Part shown: positions 9,561-19,904 of the stretch, in pieces
Numbering within the stretch: the first letter of the stretch is position 1
Layout of the letters: the number at the start of each line of letters is the position of its first letter
IMG/VR virus record: IMGVR_UViG_3300044632_000832
Location: 1 to 56,536 of that record
Source: a virus
Taxonomy: Duplodnaviria; Caudoviricetes
Direction: 5' to 3' (one strand)
DNA: 56,536 bases
Translations under genes and position numbers: made by a program
Notes under the pieces: model-generated
Told to the model about the DNA's origin: nothing
Database searches by the model: none
What the model saw: the letters and a program-made list of their open reading frames with translations, nothing else

Positions 9561-10520
9561 ATGAAACCAGAACGACTTGTCGAGCAATTCGACTTTCGCG
9601 GATCAACAGTAGACCGCGAAAACTGGGTGATTAAGGGTGTAAAAGTCCTTGGTCGCACGAGTCGCAATGGCCGCATCTACGAGGACTCGGCCATCCGAGA
9701 CTCATCGCTGCTGTGCGAGAACTTGCCAGTTACGGTTCGTGGTGGACACAACCGTAATGACAGGGACTACCACAGCCAGAACGGCCAGCTGCGTAACGGC
9801 GAAGCCCGCAATCTTGGCACTGAGAAGGCAGCCAGTTATTACGACTGGCACCTCAATCCTGCGGACGAACTTACGGAGAAGATCTGCTACGACGCAGAGA
9901 ACTTCCCCGAGAACGTCCCGCTCTCCCACGAGGTGAGCGTGTACCAGGGTGAAATGGACGAGCAAGGCGTTCTTCATGTTGAACGCCTGATTGAAGTCGA
10001 CGGGGTCGCCGCTGTCTATCGAGGCGGGACGAACCGCTCACTGTTTGAATCGGAGACAGAAACGATGGATCTCAAGACCCTCAAGACGCAGCATGCCGAA
10101 TTGATCGAGCAGTTGCGTACCGAAATCCTCGCCGAGGATACGGTAAAGAGCGAACTGGTCGAAGCGCAGAAGCAACTCGCCAAGGCCGTCGCGGAGAAGG
10201 AATCTCTACTGGAGAAGCTCAATGAAGCAGAGTCGACGCTTTCCGAGTATCGGGCCGTGGAAGAACGTGCGGCGAAAGGCCGTGTCATCCAAGAAACGGC
10301 GAAAGAAGTCCTAGGCAGCGGCATCAGCGACAAGCTGGTAGAGAGCCTGCTGCCGTTGGCGGATGAACAGATTCGAGAAGTCCTGGCTGAGATCAAGGCG
10401 AGCAAGGCCAATGTCAGCCAGCCGGAATCCGTGGCCTCTGCACCCGACAGCACGAGTGGCGCAGCCTACGCCAGCGGTTCTGCCCCCATTAACAAGATCG
10501 GTTTCCAGAACCGCTTCTAA
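9561..10520 (+). CDS. Prohead protease with C-terminal scaffold
   Basis: GVKVLGRTSRNGRIY, GH, LSH, V..V...GTNRSLFES, then coiled-coil scaffold. Confidence 0.8.
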   Translation: MKPERLVEQFDFRGSTVDRENWVIKGVKVLGRTSRNGRIYEDSAIRDSSLLCENLPVTVRGGHNRNDRDYHSQNGQLRNGEARNLGTEKAASYYDWHLNPADELTEKICYDAENFPENVPLSHEVSVYQGEMDEQGVLHVERLIEVDGVAAVYRGGTNRSLFESETETMDLKTLKTQHAELIEQLRTEILAEDTVKSELVEAQKQLAKAVAEKESLLEKLNEAESTLSEYRAVEERAAKGRVIQETAKEVLGSGISDKLVESLLPLADEQIREVLAEIKASKANVSQPESVASAPDSTSGAAYASGSAPINKIGFQNRF

Positions 10521-10531
10521 GGAGTTTTGAA

Positions 10532-11068
10532 ATGGCTTGCACTGCTACGAGTTCGGTAAACGTCGGACTGCGACGTAAATACGACCACGCCTACCTCGAA
10601 CTGCCCGTGGACCCGGAATGGGGCATTCCCGTTCCGAACTGCTGGGTCTACCTCGACACGGTGACCAACTACATCCGCCCGTTCTCCTCGACCGATGAGG
10701 TGACGGACATCACGAACAGCCCCGTAAAGGGCGTCGTTCAGGACTTCGTTCGACCCGGTGTGGATCGCGTGCTGGCCGTCTGGACCTGCGGCGTGTTCCA
10801 GTTCAACATCTCGGCGGCTACTGAAGTCGTTGGCGGCGTCACTGGATTCATTCCGTATCTGGACGGAGCTGCCGTGAGCAACACCAAGTTCGCCCCAGCT
10901 GGCGAAGGTGACACTGCGATCTTGACGGCCATCCAGCATGGTCCGTGCATCTGCCAGTCGCAGTACTCGGATGCTTGCCAAACCGCAGGCGATGTTGCCT
11001 CGGAGAGTCCAACTACCCCACTCGCCATTGCCAACGTGACGAACGCGGTCGGCAAATTCTGCCTCTAG
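10532..11068 (+). CDS. Head decoration/cement protein (7 Cys)
   Basis: Position between scaffold and capsid; AAGGAG RBS; GVFQF motif. Confidence 0.65.
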   Translation: MACTATSSVNVGLRRKYDHAYLELPVDPEWGIPVPNCWVYLDTVTNYIRPFSSTDEVTDITNSPVKGVVQDFVRPGVDRVLAVWTCGVFQFNISAATEVVGGVTGFIPYLDGAAVSNTKFAPAGEGDTAILTAIQHGPCICQSQYSDACQTAGDVASESPTTPLAIANVTNAVGKFCL

Positions 11069-11077
11069 GAGTACAGC

Positions 11078-12457
11078 ATGTCCAAAACGAACATCAACGA
11101 CTTTTTGGTCGAAGGTTACCGGAGTGCTGCTCCGAACGGCACGGTGACCAGTCAAGAGCGTCTTCAGGAAGTTTTCCGCGATGTGGACAACCGTGCGTTG
11201 GACCGCGAACTGGACTTTCAGGAGCTTGACTACAAGCACCTCTTCGAGCGGATCATGCCGAAGCAGGTCTTCGATCTGTTCAACTCCTCTGGTCGCATCC
11301 AGAGCAAGGAGCAGCTGAAGCCCCTGAAGGAATCGGCGGAAGCCGCCATCAAGGCGAGCTACTTCGACCAGTTCCTCGACCGCTGCGTCACCCGTCAGCT
11401 GTTGCAGTTCACCTGCGACATGGCCCCCACGCTGCTGCGTGGTCTGGTCACGCGGGTGGATGCACCCTGCTCCAGCTACAACGACCGCAAGCTCTGCGAG
11501 TTCCCCATGGATCCCCCGCCGGATCTGTGCGGAAAGTCGGAGGAGGATGAGGAGCCAGCACGGTTCTACCAGCTGGGTCGCCAGCGTTGCTGGACGATGC
11601 CGAAGCCTAACTACGTCAGCTTCAGCTTCGCTCTCCATCGCAACTTGGTGTGCGTGGATCCCACGGGTGAAGTTCGTCGACAGATCGAGCAGCGTGTGCG
11701 CTGGTTCGATGTCATCGACGAGAAGAATGCCGCTCGCCTGATGTTCGACATCAAGGGTGCTGGCATGTGTCAGTATCCCTACAGCTACGACGGTACGACC
11801 TACTCGTCTGGCTACAAGGGTGCTTCTGCTGGAGCCCCGTGGGCGAACGTCATCGAGGACGCTGGCCTGAAGCTCAGTGGCTGCTCGGAGGCTCCGCTGT
11901 GTGCGATTGAGCAGGTCTACGAGGACATGCGTGACCCGTACAACTGCTTCCCGCTTGACTGCGGAAACGGTTACCAGGTGATGCTGACCCGCGACTGCCA
12001 GAAGTATCCGTACCTGGATATGATCGCACCGAAGTCGGTGACTCACACGTTGTCTGGTCAGAACTGCGAAGCCGCTCAGGTGACGGATCGCACGGCCCGT
12101 GACGGCTGGACGACTAGCCCGCTGATGAGTCGCTGGGTGTATGACGAGCTGGTGAAGTTCTACAAGAGCGGAGCCTACGTCGACCTGGGTGGAACTACCC
12201 GCACCTACAACGACGCCCAGGCTGCCTACGCCGCGACGAACACCTATCTGGTGTCCAAGTCGATGGCAGAGACGTTCGGCTTCATGGTCGACTTCGATGT
12301 CACGACCCGTGAACTGTCGGGTACGGACACTTGGCAGTACTTCGACCGGGGCGTCACCTGGATGCGTCGGTATGAGCGGAAGGCCAGCTACATGTGGCTT
12401 CGTCCCTGGATGACGCTGCTTGTTCGTGCCTTCCCGACTTTCGATCCTCTGGACTAA
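11078..12457 (+). CDS. Major capsid protein (14 Cys)
   Basis: Size, synteny, strong codon bias, AGGAG RBS, LKES putative maturation site. Confidence 0.8.
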   Translation: MSKTNINDFLVEGYRSAAPNGTVTSQERLQEVFRDVDNRALDRELDFQELDYKHLFERIMPKQVFDLFNSSGRIQSKEQLKPLKESAEAAIKASYFDQFLDRCVTRQLLQFTCDMAPTLLRGLVTRVDAPCSSYNDRKLCEFPMDPPPDLCGKSEEDEEPARFYQLGRQRCWTMPKPNYVSFSFALHRNLVCVDPTGEVRRQIEQRVRWFDVIDEKNAARLMFDIKGAGMCQYPYSYDGTTYSSGYKGASAGAPWANVIEDAGLKLSGCSEAPLCAIEQVYEDMRDPYNCFPLDCGNGYQVMLTRDCQKYPYLDMIAPKSVTHTLSGQNCEAAQVTDRTARDGWTTSPLMSRWVYDELVKFYKSGAYVDLGGTTRTYNDAQAAYAATNTYLVSKSMAETFGFMVDFDVTTRELSGTDTWQYFDRGVTWMRRYERKASYMWLRPWMTLLVRAFPTFDPLD

Positions 12458-12481
12458 TTCCTTCAGAAAGTGGGGTGATGG

Positions 12482-12958
12482 ATGGAAGAGTTTCAGATTC
12501 GTCGTGGACCCGGTCGTCCGCCAAAGCAGGTTTCGGAATCAGCACCGAAGCCTGCGGCTGACGGGGAGTCCACGGCGACGGTCGTGGGGCAGAAGCCTGC
12601 TCCGCAGCCAGTTGTCCGCAGCGATGGCAATGAGGCGTTGCAGTCCAGGCTTCGTTCGATGGAGCTTCAGCTTCAGGCGATTTCTGGAAGGCGTGAGAGT
12701 CGAGACGAGGTCTTTGATAAGGCACGAGAGATCGTTGACCGAATCAAGGGGGCTCGTCTCAAGTCAGGTGCCAATCAGTGGCGAGTCCATAACTCTCGCT
12801 ACCGAGATGCGGCTGGTGATCCCGTGACGCATGAGTTCTGGTCTGATGCATCGGACCCGGAGTCTGCACGAGCGGACTACAATCGCCGCAATGGCCGTTA
12901 CTGGTCGCCCGATGAGGGTGACGATCCGCTGAAGTTCGAGTTGATCGTGGAGCAGTAA
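12482..12958 (+). CDS. Hypothetical protein with N-terminal AT-hook-like RGPGRPPK
   Basis: Directly after capsid gene; RRGPGRPPK motif. Confidence 0.6.
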   Translation: MEEFQIRRGPGRPPKQVSESAPKPAADGESTATVVGQKPAPQPVVRSDGNEALQSRLRSMELQLQAISGRRESRDEVFDKAREIVDRIKGARLKSGANQWRVHNSRYRDAAGDPVTHEFWSDASDPESARADYNRRNGRYWSPDEGDDPLKFELIVEQ

Positions 12959-15015
12959 TGGCAAACGTCAAGCCGACTAGCAAGAAGTTTTCGCCTCTCG
13001 ACCCTGATGTGAACTCAATCCCGGTTGGAGACTCTCTGCCTCCGGGTAAGTTTTCAGATGGTGCGCAGTTCTTTCACAAGGACAATAGCATCCTTTACGT
13101 CTACGCAGACGGTGGGTGGCAGGCGACAACTGGTGCAGGAGGAGTGGTGGATGAGTTCATCGCTCTCTCCGACACACCTGGCAGCTACGTTGGTTCTGGC
13201 GAACTTTGGGTAACCGTCAAGGCAGATGCCTCTGGCGTTGAGTTTGTAAGCCCCGCCTCGGCTACCTCTCGCCTAGCCGTGATGACGGGTGCAACCGCTG
13301 GTGCGGCTGGGACCAAGGGAATGGTTCCGCCCCCGGCGGCGGGTTTTCAAGGTCGCTTCCTTCGTGGCGATGCATCGTGGCAGAATGTTGTTACCAGCGA
13401 GGTGGAAGTCACCCGTGGCTTCGGACCTCCGACTGGCCTGCCCAGCAGCACGAACGATCTGTATGTGGACCTGAACAGCAGTTCGATCTGGTATTCGACC
13501 GGATCGCTGTGGGAAAAGATATCTGTACCGAACGTCGCAGATGTCTACGCCACCATGCCTGCTGGGTATCCAGCCAATCCTTCTTCGCCAACGCCAGCTG
13601 AGGCACAGGCTTACGCTGCTTCTCTCGGTCTGATTGGCCCGACCATTGTGTCTTATGCGGGTGGTGGTAGCACCACAGACCCAGCATTCGCATGGTTCAT
13701 CGACTCTGTGGGATCTGCGGTTTGCATCCGCGACCTGACAGCACAGAAGGGTGACACGGGTGCCGCAGGTCCACCAGGGCCAGCAGGCGTGGTTTGGAAG
13801 GGCAACTGGTCCTCATCTACCAGCTATGTCGCCAATGACGCCGTTCTCTATCAGGGAACTTCGTGGCGTGCCTTGCAGTCTCACACCAACCAGACTCCTG
13901 TTGCCGGTGCCTACTGGGCTGTGCTTGCCCAGAAGGGTGCGGATGGCGGACTCTCTGATGGAGACAAGGGTGACATATCCGTCACTTCGAGCGGCAGCGT
14001 CTGGACGGTCGATGCGAACACTGTCACCTACTCCAAGATGCAGGATGTCTCCGCAGCATCCCGGTTGCTTGGCCGTGGCTCAACGGGAGCTGGTGACCCG
14101 CAGGAGATCAGCCTTGGCACTGGCCTGACCATGACCGGGACAACGGTCAGCGTCAACGGCACGATACCGGACAACGACTACGGCGACATTCAGGTTACTG
14201 GTGGCGTGTGGAAGGTCGATGATGACGCAGACATTCAGCTCAGGTCTGCGTTGCTTGGTTCGACCAGTGGCGGTGGCGCTGGACTCCACAGCGCACAAGC
14301 TAACCTGCTTGAGGTGCGAAGCGGTGCAGCTCCCAATAAGCTGGCCGTGTACAACGCATATCAGTCGCCAACAAATCACGAGCGAATTCTGATTGGGTGG
14401 TCTGGGAACATAGGCTGCATTGCCACCGAGAAGGGATCTTCTGGCGGTGCGGCTCGTTCCATCTCGATTGCGACTGATGGCACAGAGCGGATCAATGTTG
14501 GTGCCAACGGATTCATTCGATTCAATCAAGCGTACACCTTCCCAAATACGGTTGGTACTTTGGGTCAGGTGCTGGGAGTAGGCACTGGCTCCGTGCTGGA
14601 GTGGTTTACTCCATCGGGTTCACAGCCATCAGTATCGAACCCGAAGATGGTAACCAGCACGCCGCATGGGTTTACAGCCGCGAGCATTGGCTATCCGCTG
14701 TTTGCTGCGACAACTTATGTGGACACTGATCCCGAGCAGTGGCCTACTGGCATCTTCGATGAGTACATCAACTCCACTTCGTTCCGATATGCAACCGAGG
14801 GCTCTTCCCTGGACATTGCATCCAGTCTGTTCGAGGTTGGATACAGCATTGACGCAGGCGGGCGTTTTGTGTTTTGGGACTATTCAGTTCAGATCTATAA
14901 GGCCGAGAAACCCGTCGACTCGGATCCTAGGCTTGGGCCATTGCTGATGGTGAACTACCTGGAGTCTGGCAAGTTCAACTGCACCGTACTCGGATTGGGG
15001 CCAAGCTCATGGTAG
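12958..15015 (+). CDS. Fibre/appendage protein
   Basis: Short collagen GPPGPAG, WKGNWSSSTSY..NDAV motif, DGDKGDI repeat, FLRGD..W motif. Confidence 0.75.
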   Translation: MANVKPTSKKFSPLDPDVNSIPVGDSLPPGKFSDGAQFFHKDNSILYVYADGGWQATTGAGGVVDEFIALSDTPGSYVGSGELWVTVKADASGVEFVSPASATSRLAVMTGATAGAAGTKGMVPPPAAGFQGRFLRGDASWQNVVTSEVEVTRGFGPPTGLPSSTNDLYVDLNSSSIWYSTGSLWEKISVPNVADVYATMPAGYPANPSSPTPAEAQAYAASLGLIGPTIVSYAGGGSTTDPAFAWFIDSVGSAVCIRDLTAQKGDTGAAGPPGPAGVVWKGNWSSSTSYVANDAVLYQGTSWRALQSHTNQTPVAGAYWAVLAQKGADGGLSDGDKGDISVTSSGSVWTVDANTVTYSKMQDVSAASRLLGRGSTGAGDPQEISLGTGLTMTGTTVSVNGTIPDNDYGDIQVTGGVWKVDDDADIQLRSALLGSTSGGGAGLHSAQANLLEVRSGAAPNKLAVYNAYQSPTNHERILIGWSGNIGCIATEKGSSGGAARSISIATDGTERINVGANGFIRFNQAYTFPNTVGTLGQVLGVGTGSVLEWFTPSGSQPSVSNPKMVTSTPHGFTAASIGYPLFAATTYVDTDPEQWPTGIFDEYINSTSFRYATEGSSLDIASSLFEVGYSIDAGGRFVFWDYSVQIYKAEKPVDSDPRLGPLLMVNYLESGKFNCTVLGLGPSSW

Positions 15016-17468
15016 CGAAGATCAAGACCACCAAGGACAATGTGATCTCGGTTGTCGGAACTGGAAACGCAGAAATCGACAACATGCGATTTGCGCTTGC
15101 TGTGTCCGCAGCTAATGCGTTTTATTCCAGCACTGGCAGGCCAGCAACGATCCTAATTGATCGTGAAGTTCACATCATTGGTGAGCATATATTCACCAGC
15201 CCGACTGGCCTCGAATGCACCAAGGGAAGCTGGCTGGTCCGCGACGATTCTACCGCAAAGGTTTCTTACAATACGTCCCAGTCTGCCGCGTTCTCCTATT
15301 CTTCGGCAGCCTATGGTGAGATGACTGACACGGCAGCAGGTGCTGCTGTTATCAGCCTTCCTTACGAATACCAGTTGGCAGCTGGCGATTGGGTTTTGAT
15401 CTACGGGTTCAACCAGATCAGCGACATCACGCCACACTCTACGGGAACGAAGAGCTTCCCCATGGAGCTACAGCGTATCAACCGTAGAGCGTCCACGGGA
15501 GCGTGCAACGGTACTGGGACTCGGTGCGACTATGTCTTTGACGACTTCCTCGACGAGGTCTACCAGACGGTAACCAGTGGTGGCGTCACCAAGGCACCAA
15601 GAGTCGCCGTGCTACCGAACATGATGAGTGGCATTCGGATCAGGAACTTCAACTACCGAATGAAGGATGCTGCCTACAGTGCCAGCACCGCTCCGTCCGT
15701 TTACATGTCGGCTCTGTATTTTGAGCGATGCCATGATATCGAATTGAGCAATTGCTCTTTCGGCGAGTGGCACCCAGGGACAATGGGGTTCAAGTACTGC
15801 GCCAATGTTCGTCGCCATGGCTGTAACTGGTCGTCTGTTGAGAACTTCGAGTACGACTCGGAGACTGGGGTTGTCTACGGAATTCTGGATTCTGTCTGCA
15901 ATGGCATGGATATCCAGAACTGCACGTTCGGTGGAATGAGGCACGCTTACACGACAGGCGGAACGGCGGCAGCTTCAATTCACAGCCCATCAACGTCAGA
16001 TCGCGTTGGCACCGTAAAGAGCGTCCTGATCCAGGGCAACCGCTTTGGGAATAATGGTCGGCTTTCTGGATCCACGCTTTCCGGCATGGCGATGGTCAAC
16101 CCTCACTGCGAGGGAAGGCGGATTGTTATCAGCGACAACCAATTCAATGTGCCTGGAGAGCAGAGCGTCAGGAACATTGGGATCACCGTCAGGTACAGAG
16201 ACGCTGTCATTCGCAACAACACTTTCAACTGCGGGCCAGCGGCTGCTCCGTTGATGATCTACGGAACGAGGGCTACCGTCGCCAACAACACCTTCAACGG
16301 CGGCCTTTACTGCTCTGTGAATTCCCTTAACAGCTTTGTGAACATTGACAAGGTTCGGTTCGCCAACAACACGTTCCGAAACTTCGTGTCACCAGCAATT
16401 CATATCACGACTGGCACCGACCACGAGATCGTCGGCAACACGTTCGACAACTGCGGCTACCAGTTGGTGACGGGATACAAGAAGGCTGCGATTGAGGTTG
16501 CCTCCCTGACGGCTGGTGGAAGCATCCGCATCAAGGATAATTCGATTGCTAAGTACTCGAATGACTTTGCAATCCACACTGGGAGCCTGCTGCCGTCACA
16601 GGTCATCCTCGATGGCAACCTTTGCAGCGGATATGGCGGCTTGTCCTTGGGGCTTGATCGGTCCTTGGCGAACACCGCTGAGATTGAGATGCTGTCCCTT
16701 CCCAGGAACAACGGTTCGATCAAGGCCGTGGTTATCCAGCAGCCGGGCCATGCCTTGACTGCGTCGAATGTTGGAATGCCGATCACTGGAAGCCACGCTG
16801 TTTACAACGATGTGACGGCTGGATTCGGAGTCATTGGCGTGATGGCTGACCGAATCGATTCGGGCCACTACATCTTGTACCTGCCTAACGAGCCGTTCTT
16901 GCTGCCAGCCTCATTCATGGCGACGGGCTATTCGTTCCCGGCATCGGGCCGAGACCTCTACTGGGACCAGTCCCAGCTTAAGTATGTGGCTACCAAGCCC
17001 GCTGACTCGGCCAGCGATGCGGTCCCGGTCCTGCGAGTCCATGCATCGAAGCCAAGCGGCCTGCTGGTGAGCATGATCCAGTTTTCGCCTCCGGCTTCGT
17101 CTGCTCCAGTCACGGAATCAATTGGGCTGGCTGTGTCTGACGAAACAACCAACCTGACGGTGGGGACCGGCAAGCTGACTTTCCGCATGCCGTTTCCCAT
17201 GTTCGTCACAGGCGTGCGCGGTTCAGTCAATACGGCACCGACTGGCTCAACGATCATCGTCGATGTGAATGAAGACGGTGTGACGCTGTTCTCAACGCGA
17301 CTCTCCATTGACGCAGGCGAGAAAAGTAGCACCACGGCGGCTTCACAGGCGGTAATCACCAACGGACTGCTTGCCGAGGACGCAGAGATCACGGTGGACA
17401 TTGATCAGGTGGGAAGCACTGTGCCAGGGAAGGGTCTCAAGCTCTGGCTGCAAGGCATCCGCTTATGA
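15009..17468 (+). CDS. Right-handed beta-helix (pectin-lyase-like) spike/depolymerase
   Basis: Repeated I..NNTF/GNRF/DNQF rungs; C-terminal TFRMPF...IIVDVN...ITVDIDQVGS..PGKGLKLWL domain. Confidence 0.8.
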   Translation: MVAKIKTTKDNVISVVGTGNAEIDNMRFALAVSAANAFYSSTGRPATILIDREVHIIGEHIFTSPTGLECTKGSWLVRDDSTAKVSYNTSQSAAFSYSSAAYGEMTDTAAGAAVISLPYEYQLAAGDWVLIYGFNQISDITPHSTGTKSFPMELQRINRRASTGACNGTGTRCDYVFDDFLDEVYQTVTSGGVTKAPRVAVLPNMMSGIRIRNFNYRMKDAAYSASTAPSVYMSALYFERCHDIELSNCSFGEWHPGTMGFKYCANVRRHGCNWSSVENFEYDSETGVVYGILDSVCNGMDIQNCTFGGMRHAYTTGGTAAASIHSPSTSDRVGTVKSVLIQGNRFGNNGRLSGSTLSGMAMVNPHCEGRRIVISDNQFNVPGEQSVRNIGITVRYRDAVIRNNTFNCGPAAAPLMIYGTRATVANNTFNGGLYCSVNSLNSFVNIDKVRFANNTFRNFVSPAIHITTGTDHEIVGNTFDNCGYQLVTGYKKAAIEVASLTAGGSIRIKDNSIAKYSNDFAIHTGSLLPSQVILDGNLCSGYGGLSLGLDRSLANTAEIEMLSLPRNNGSIKAVVIQQPGHALTASNVGMPITGSHAVYNDVTAGFGVIGVMADRIDSGHYILYLPNEPFLLPASFMATGYSFPASGRDLYWDQSQLKYVATKPADSASDAVPVLRVHASKPSGLLVSMIQFSPPASSAPVTESIGLAVSDETTNLTVGTGKLTFRMPFPMFVTGVRGSVNTAPTGSTIIVDVNEDGVTLFSTRLSIDAGEKSSTTAASQAVITNGLLAEDAEITVDIDQVGSTVPGKGLKLWLQGIRL

Positions 17469-18892
17469 TCATTGGATCCCGTGCTGGCCGTGCCAAGTCG
17501 GGCGTGAACCTTGTGTCCCCGTGGTACTACGCCACGGAGCATGCGTTCTTGGATCGTTTCAAGGTCAGCTCCAACAGCTGGATCTCCACCATCAACTTTG
17601 GCTGGAACAACGGGCCAGCGATCACGGTCGACGCCAATGGATACCCGAACAATATCGACCTCACATTGAACGCCCACAACGCAAGCGTAGTGGTTGGGCT
17701 GTCCAGCCAGTTTCCCAGCGGGACATCGTTCGAGATCACCTGGACAGGTGACTCAGCGGGCGTCACCTCGGACGGCGGGACTGCCGCTGGAAACAAGATC
17801 ACGTTTCAACGAAGCACCTCTCAGTACGCGAATCAGCTCATTCGCATATGGCGCAATGGCATCAGCAACCTACAGCTGCGTCGGGTAGGTGATCCCACGA
17901 CAGGGATATTCACGCCGGAGTGGGTGACGCGAAACAAGCGTTACTCGGTGCTGCGGTTTATGGGCTGGACGAAGACGAATGATGCAAGGGCAGCTTACCC
18001 CGTGCTGTGGTCGAGTCGTGCCTTGACGACGCACCGGACGTACGACACGGCTAACGGCGTGCCTTGGGAAACTTGCATCCAGGCATGCAACGAGACAGGT
18101 AGTGGTGGATGGTTCTGCGTACCGCATGGGGCGGACGACAACTACGTTACCTCGCTCGCAACATTGATCCGCGATACCAGGGTGGGCAACTGGCCTGTCT
18201 ACATCGAGCATAGCAACGAGGTCTGGAACAACATCTTTCCTCAATACGCCTACTGCGATGCCCAAGCTGGCGACTACCTCGACTACCACATTCTTCGGAC
18301 CAAGCAGATCGGAACATTGATGCGAGCGACCGGCCTCGATATCAATCTGGTTCTGGGCCTGTGGTCCGCCAATGCCTACCAAGCAGAGCAGAAGTTGCGT
18401 GATGGCGTAACGCTGGCAGGACACGAGGGCATCGACTGCTTCGCCATTGCCCCTTACTTCGGCAATCAGATCTCCGAGGCACAGAATACGCAGATCCTGT
18501 CTGGTGGCGTGACCACTTGCGCACAGATCTGTAGCGATCACATCGCAGGGAATGTGCGGGACTGGATCATTCGCCACAAGCAGTTGGCAGACGACTGCGG
18601 CAAAAGGCTGGTGGGCTACGAGGGGGGGCAGCATTTGCAGGTCTTCGCCAATGCACCGCTCACAGCGATCTACACCGACACCAACCGCAACACGGTGATG
18701 CACGACCTCTATCAGACGTACCTGGAGCAGTGGGACCAGCTGACGAACGGTGCGTTAATGTGCCTGTTCGAGGATGTGTACCCGTGCCAGGAGAGCGGCA
18801 ACTGGGGCCTTCAGGAATACGCAGGAGAGTCAACCACGACGGCCCACAAGCTGCGTTCGTGGCTGACCTTCCTGACAAATAACAAGCAATAG
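17465..18892 (+). CDS. Putative clan GH-A glycoside hydrolase (TIM barrel)
   Basis: LRFMGW, GVPWE, WFCVPH, VYIEHSNEVWN (acid/base), AIAPYF, YEGGQH (nucleophile). Confidence 0.75.
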   Translation: MIIGSRAGRAKSGVNLVSPWYYATEHAFLDRFKVSSNSWISTINFGWNNGPAITVDANGYPNNIDLTLNAHNASVVVGLSSQFPSGTSFEITWTGDSAGVTSDGGTAAGNKITFQRSTSQYANQLIRIWRNGISNLQLRRVGDPTTGIFTPEWVTRNKRYSVLRFMGWTKTNDARAAYPVLWSSRALTTHRTYDTANGVPWETCIQACNETGSGGWFCVPHGADDNYVTSLATLIRDTRVGNWPVYIEHSNEVWNNIFPQYAYCDAQAGDYLDYHILRTKQIGTLMRATGLDINLVLGLWSANAYQAEQKLRDGVTLAGHEGIDCFAIAPYFGNQISEAQNTQILSGGVTTCAQICSDHIAGNVRDWIIRHKQLADDCGKRLVGYEGGQHLQVFANAPLTAIYTDTNRNTVMHDLYQTYLEQWDQLTNGALMCLFEDVYPCQESGNWGLQEYAGESTTTAHKLRSWLTFLTNNKQ

Positions 18893-18916
18893 TCACTTTA
18901 CACAGGGAGTTGGGGT

Positions 18917-19234
18917 ATGCGTGAACTGATCATTGTTCTTCGTGAATTGCTGTCCAAGTCGAAGGATGGGACTGCCACGTTTCTCGATTGGCTGCGAGCC
19001 CTGGACGCGGTGATTCATCTGGTGATGGATTCGCAGATGGGGTTCGGTCAGTCCATGGACGAGGACGAGGAAGAGGAACTTCGCCACATTGCTGGTGAAC
19101 TCACTGGAGAGCCTACAGGTGGCATGGAGATGGGCATTGCCGGGAGCATCCTGCTGAACCTGCTGCTGAAGTACCTGCTCAATCAGGTTTCCAAGAGGGC
19201 TAATGGGGAGGCCGTGGACGATGAATCCGCATAG
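18917..19234 (+). CDS. Hypothetical protein, C-terminal amphipathic/hydrophobic helix
   Basis: GGGAG RBS; GSILLNLLLKYLL. Confidence 0.6.
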   Translation: MRELIIVLRELLSKSKDGTATFLDWLRALDAVIHLVMDSQMGFGQSMDEDEEEELRHIAGELTGEPTGGMEMGIAGSILLNLLLKYLLNQVSKRANGEAVDDESA

Positions 19235-19904
19235 AGCAATTCTGGTTCTGTTATCATGCGTCTCCGCATTGGCGGTCACGTTCGTGGGTGGGGCAGCCCA
19301 GGTACAACAGCAGGTTGCCGTGAATACCAACTCCACTACCCATGTGCAGGTCGCCCCTGCTGCGTCCCCAGGGTCTGACATCACCTGGGAGATACGCGAT
19401 CCCGTGGGCCACCCCTTCCTTGCCAGCAAGGACAATCGTTCGATTGTTTTCTTTACCGAGGGTCTGTCGAGGATCGTCGTTGTCTGCGATGTCATCGACT
19501 GGGATCTACGAAAGCGTGACCGTGTCGAGACGATTGTCACCCCTGGGTCTGATCCTAAGCCAGTGGACCCGGTGAAGCCCGTGCCAGCCCCCAGGCCAAA
19601 TGGCTTTGCTGGGGAAGTCTACGACCAAGCGGTGCCGGTTAAACGGCCCGTGGACTCGATCAGGCTGTCCGATAACTACGAGAACGTATCGGCCCAGATA
19701 GCTGCCGGGGGAATAACCACACTGGAGCAGGCCAACGAGGAGATCGCTCGTCAGAATAAGAGCCTTAACCTTGGGCCTGAGTGGAAGCCGTTCGGTACCT
19801 GGATCGGCTCGCAGTTTGATCAACTGGTGGATGAGCTATCCGAGGCTCGCGACATGATGCACAAGGCTTCCGTTGGCTTGGGCGCAGCTGGGGGTAGGAA
19901 ATGA
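19221..19904 (+). CDS. Exported two-domain protein with Pro-rich linker
   Basis: Signal-like AILVLLSCVSALAVTFVGG; DPKPVDPVKPVPAP linker. Confidence 0.65.
   Translation: MNPHRAILVLLSCVSALAVTFVGGAAQVQQQVAVNTNSTTHVQVAPAASPGSDITWEIRDPVGHPFLASKDNRSIVFFTEGLSRIVVVCDVIDWDLRKRDRVETIVTPGSDPKPVDPVKPVPAPRPNGFAGEVYDQAVPVKRPVDSIRLSDNYENVSAQIAAGGITTLEQANEEIARQNKSLNLGPEWKPFGTWIGSQFDQLVDELSEARDMMHKASVGLGAAGGRK

Noticed and set aside
10517-12046. 509-aa antisense ORF (also 692-1609, 49569-50663 and similar)
   Set aside because: These are shadow ORFs opposite well-supported genes, explained by GC-rich codon bias. They have no motifs or RBS.
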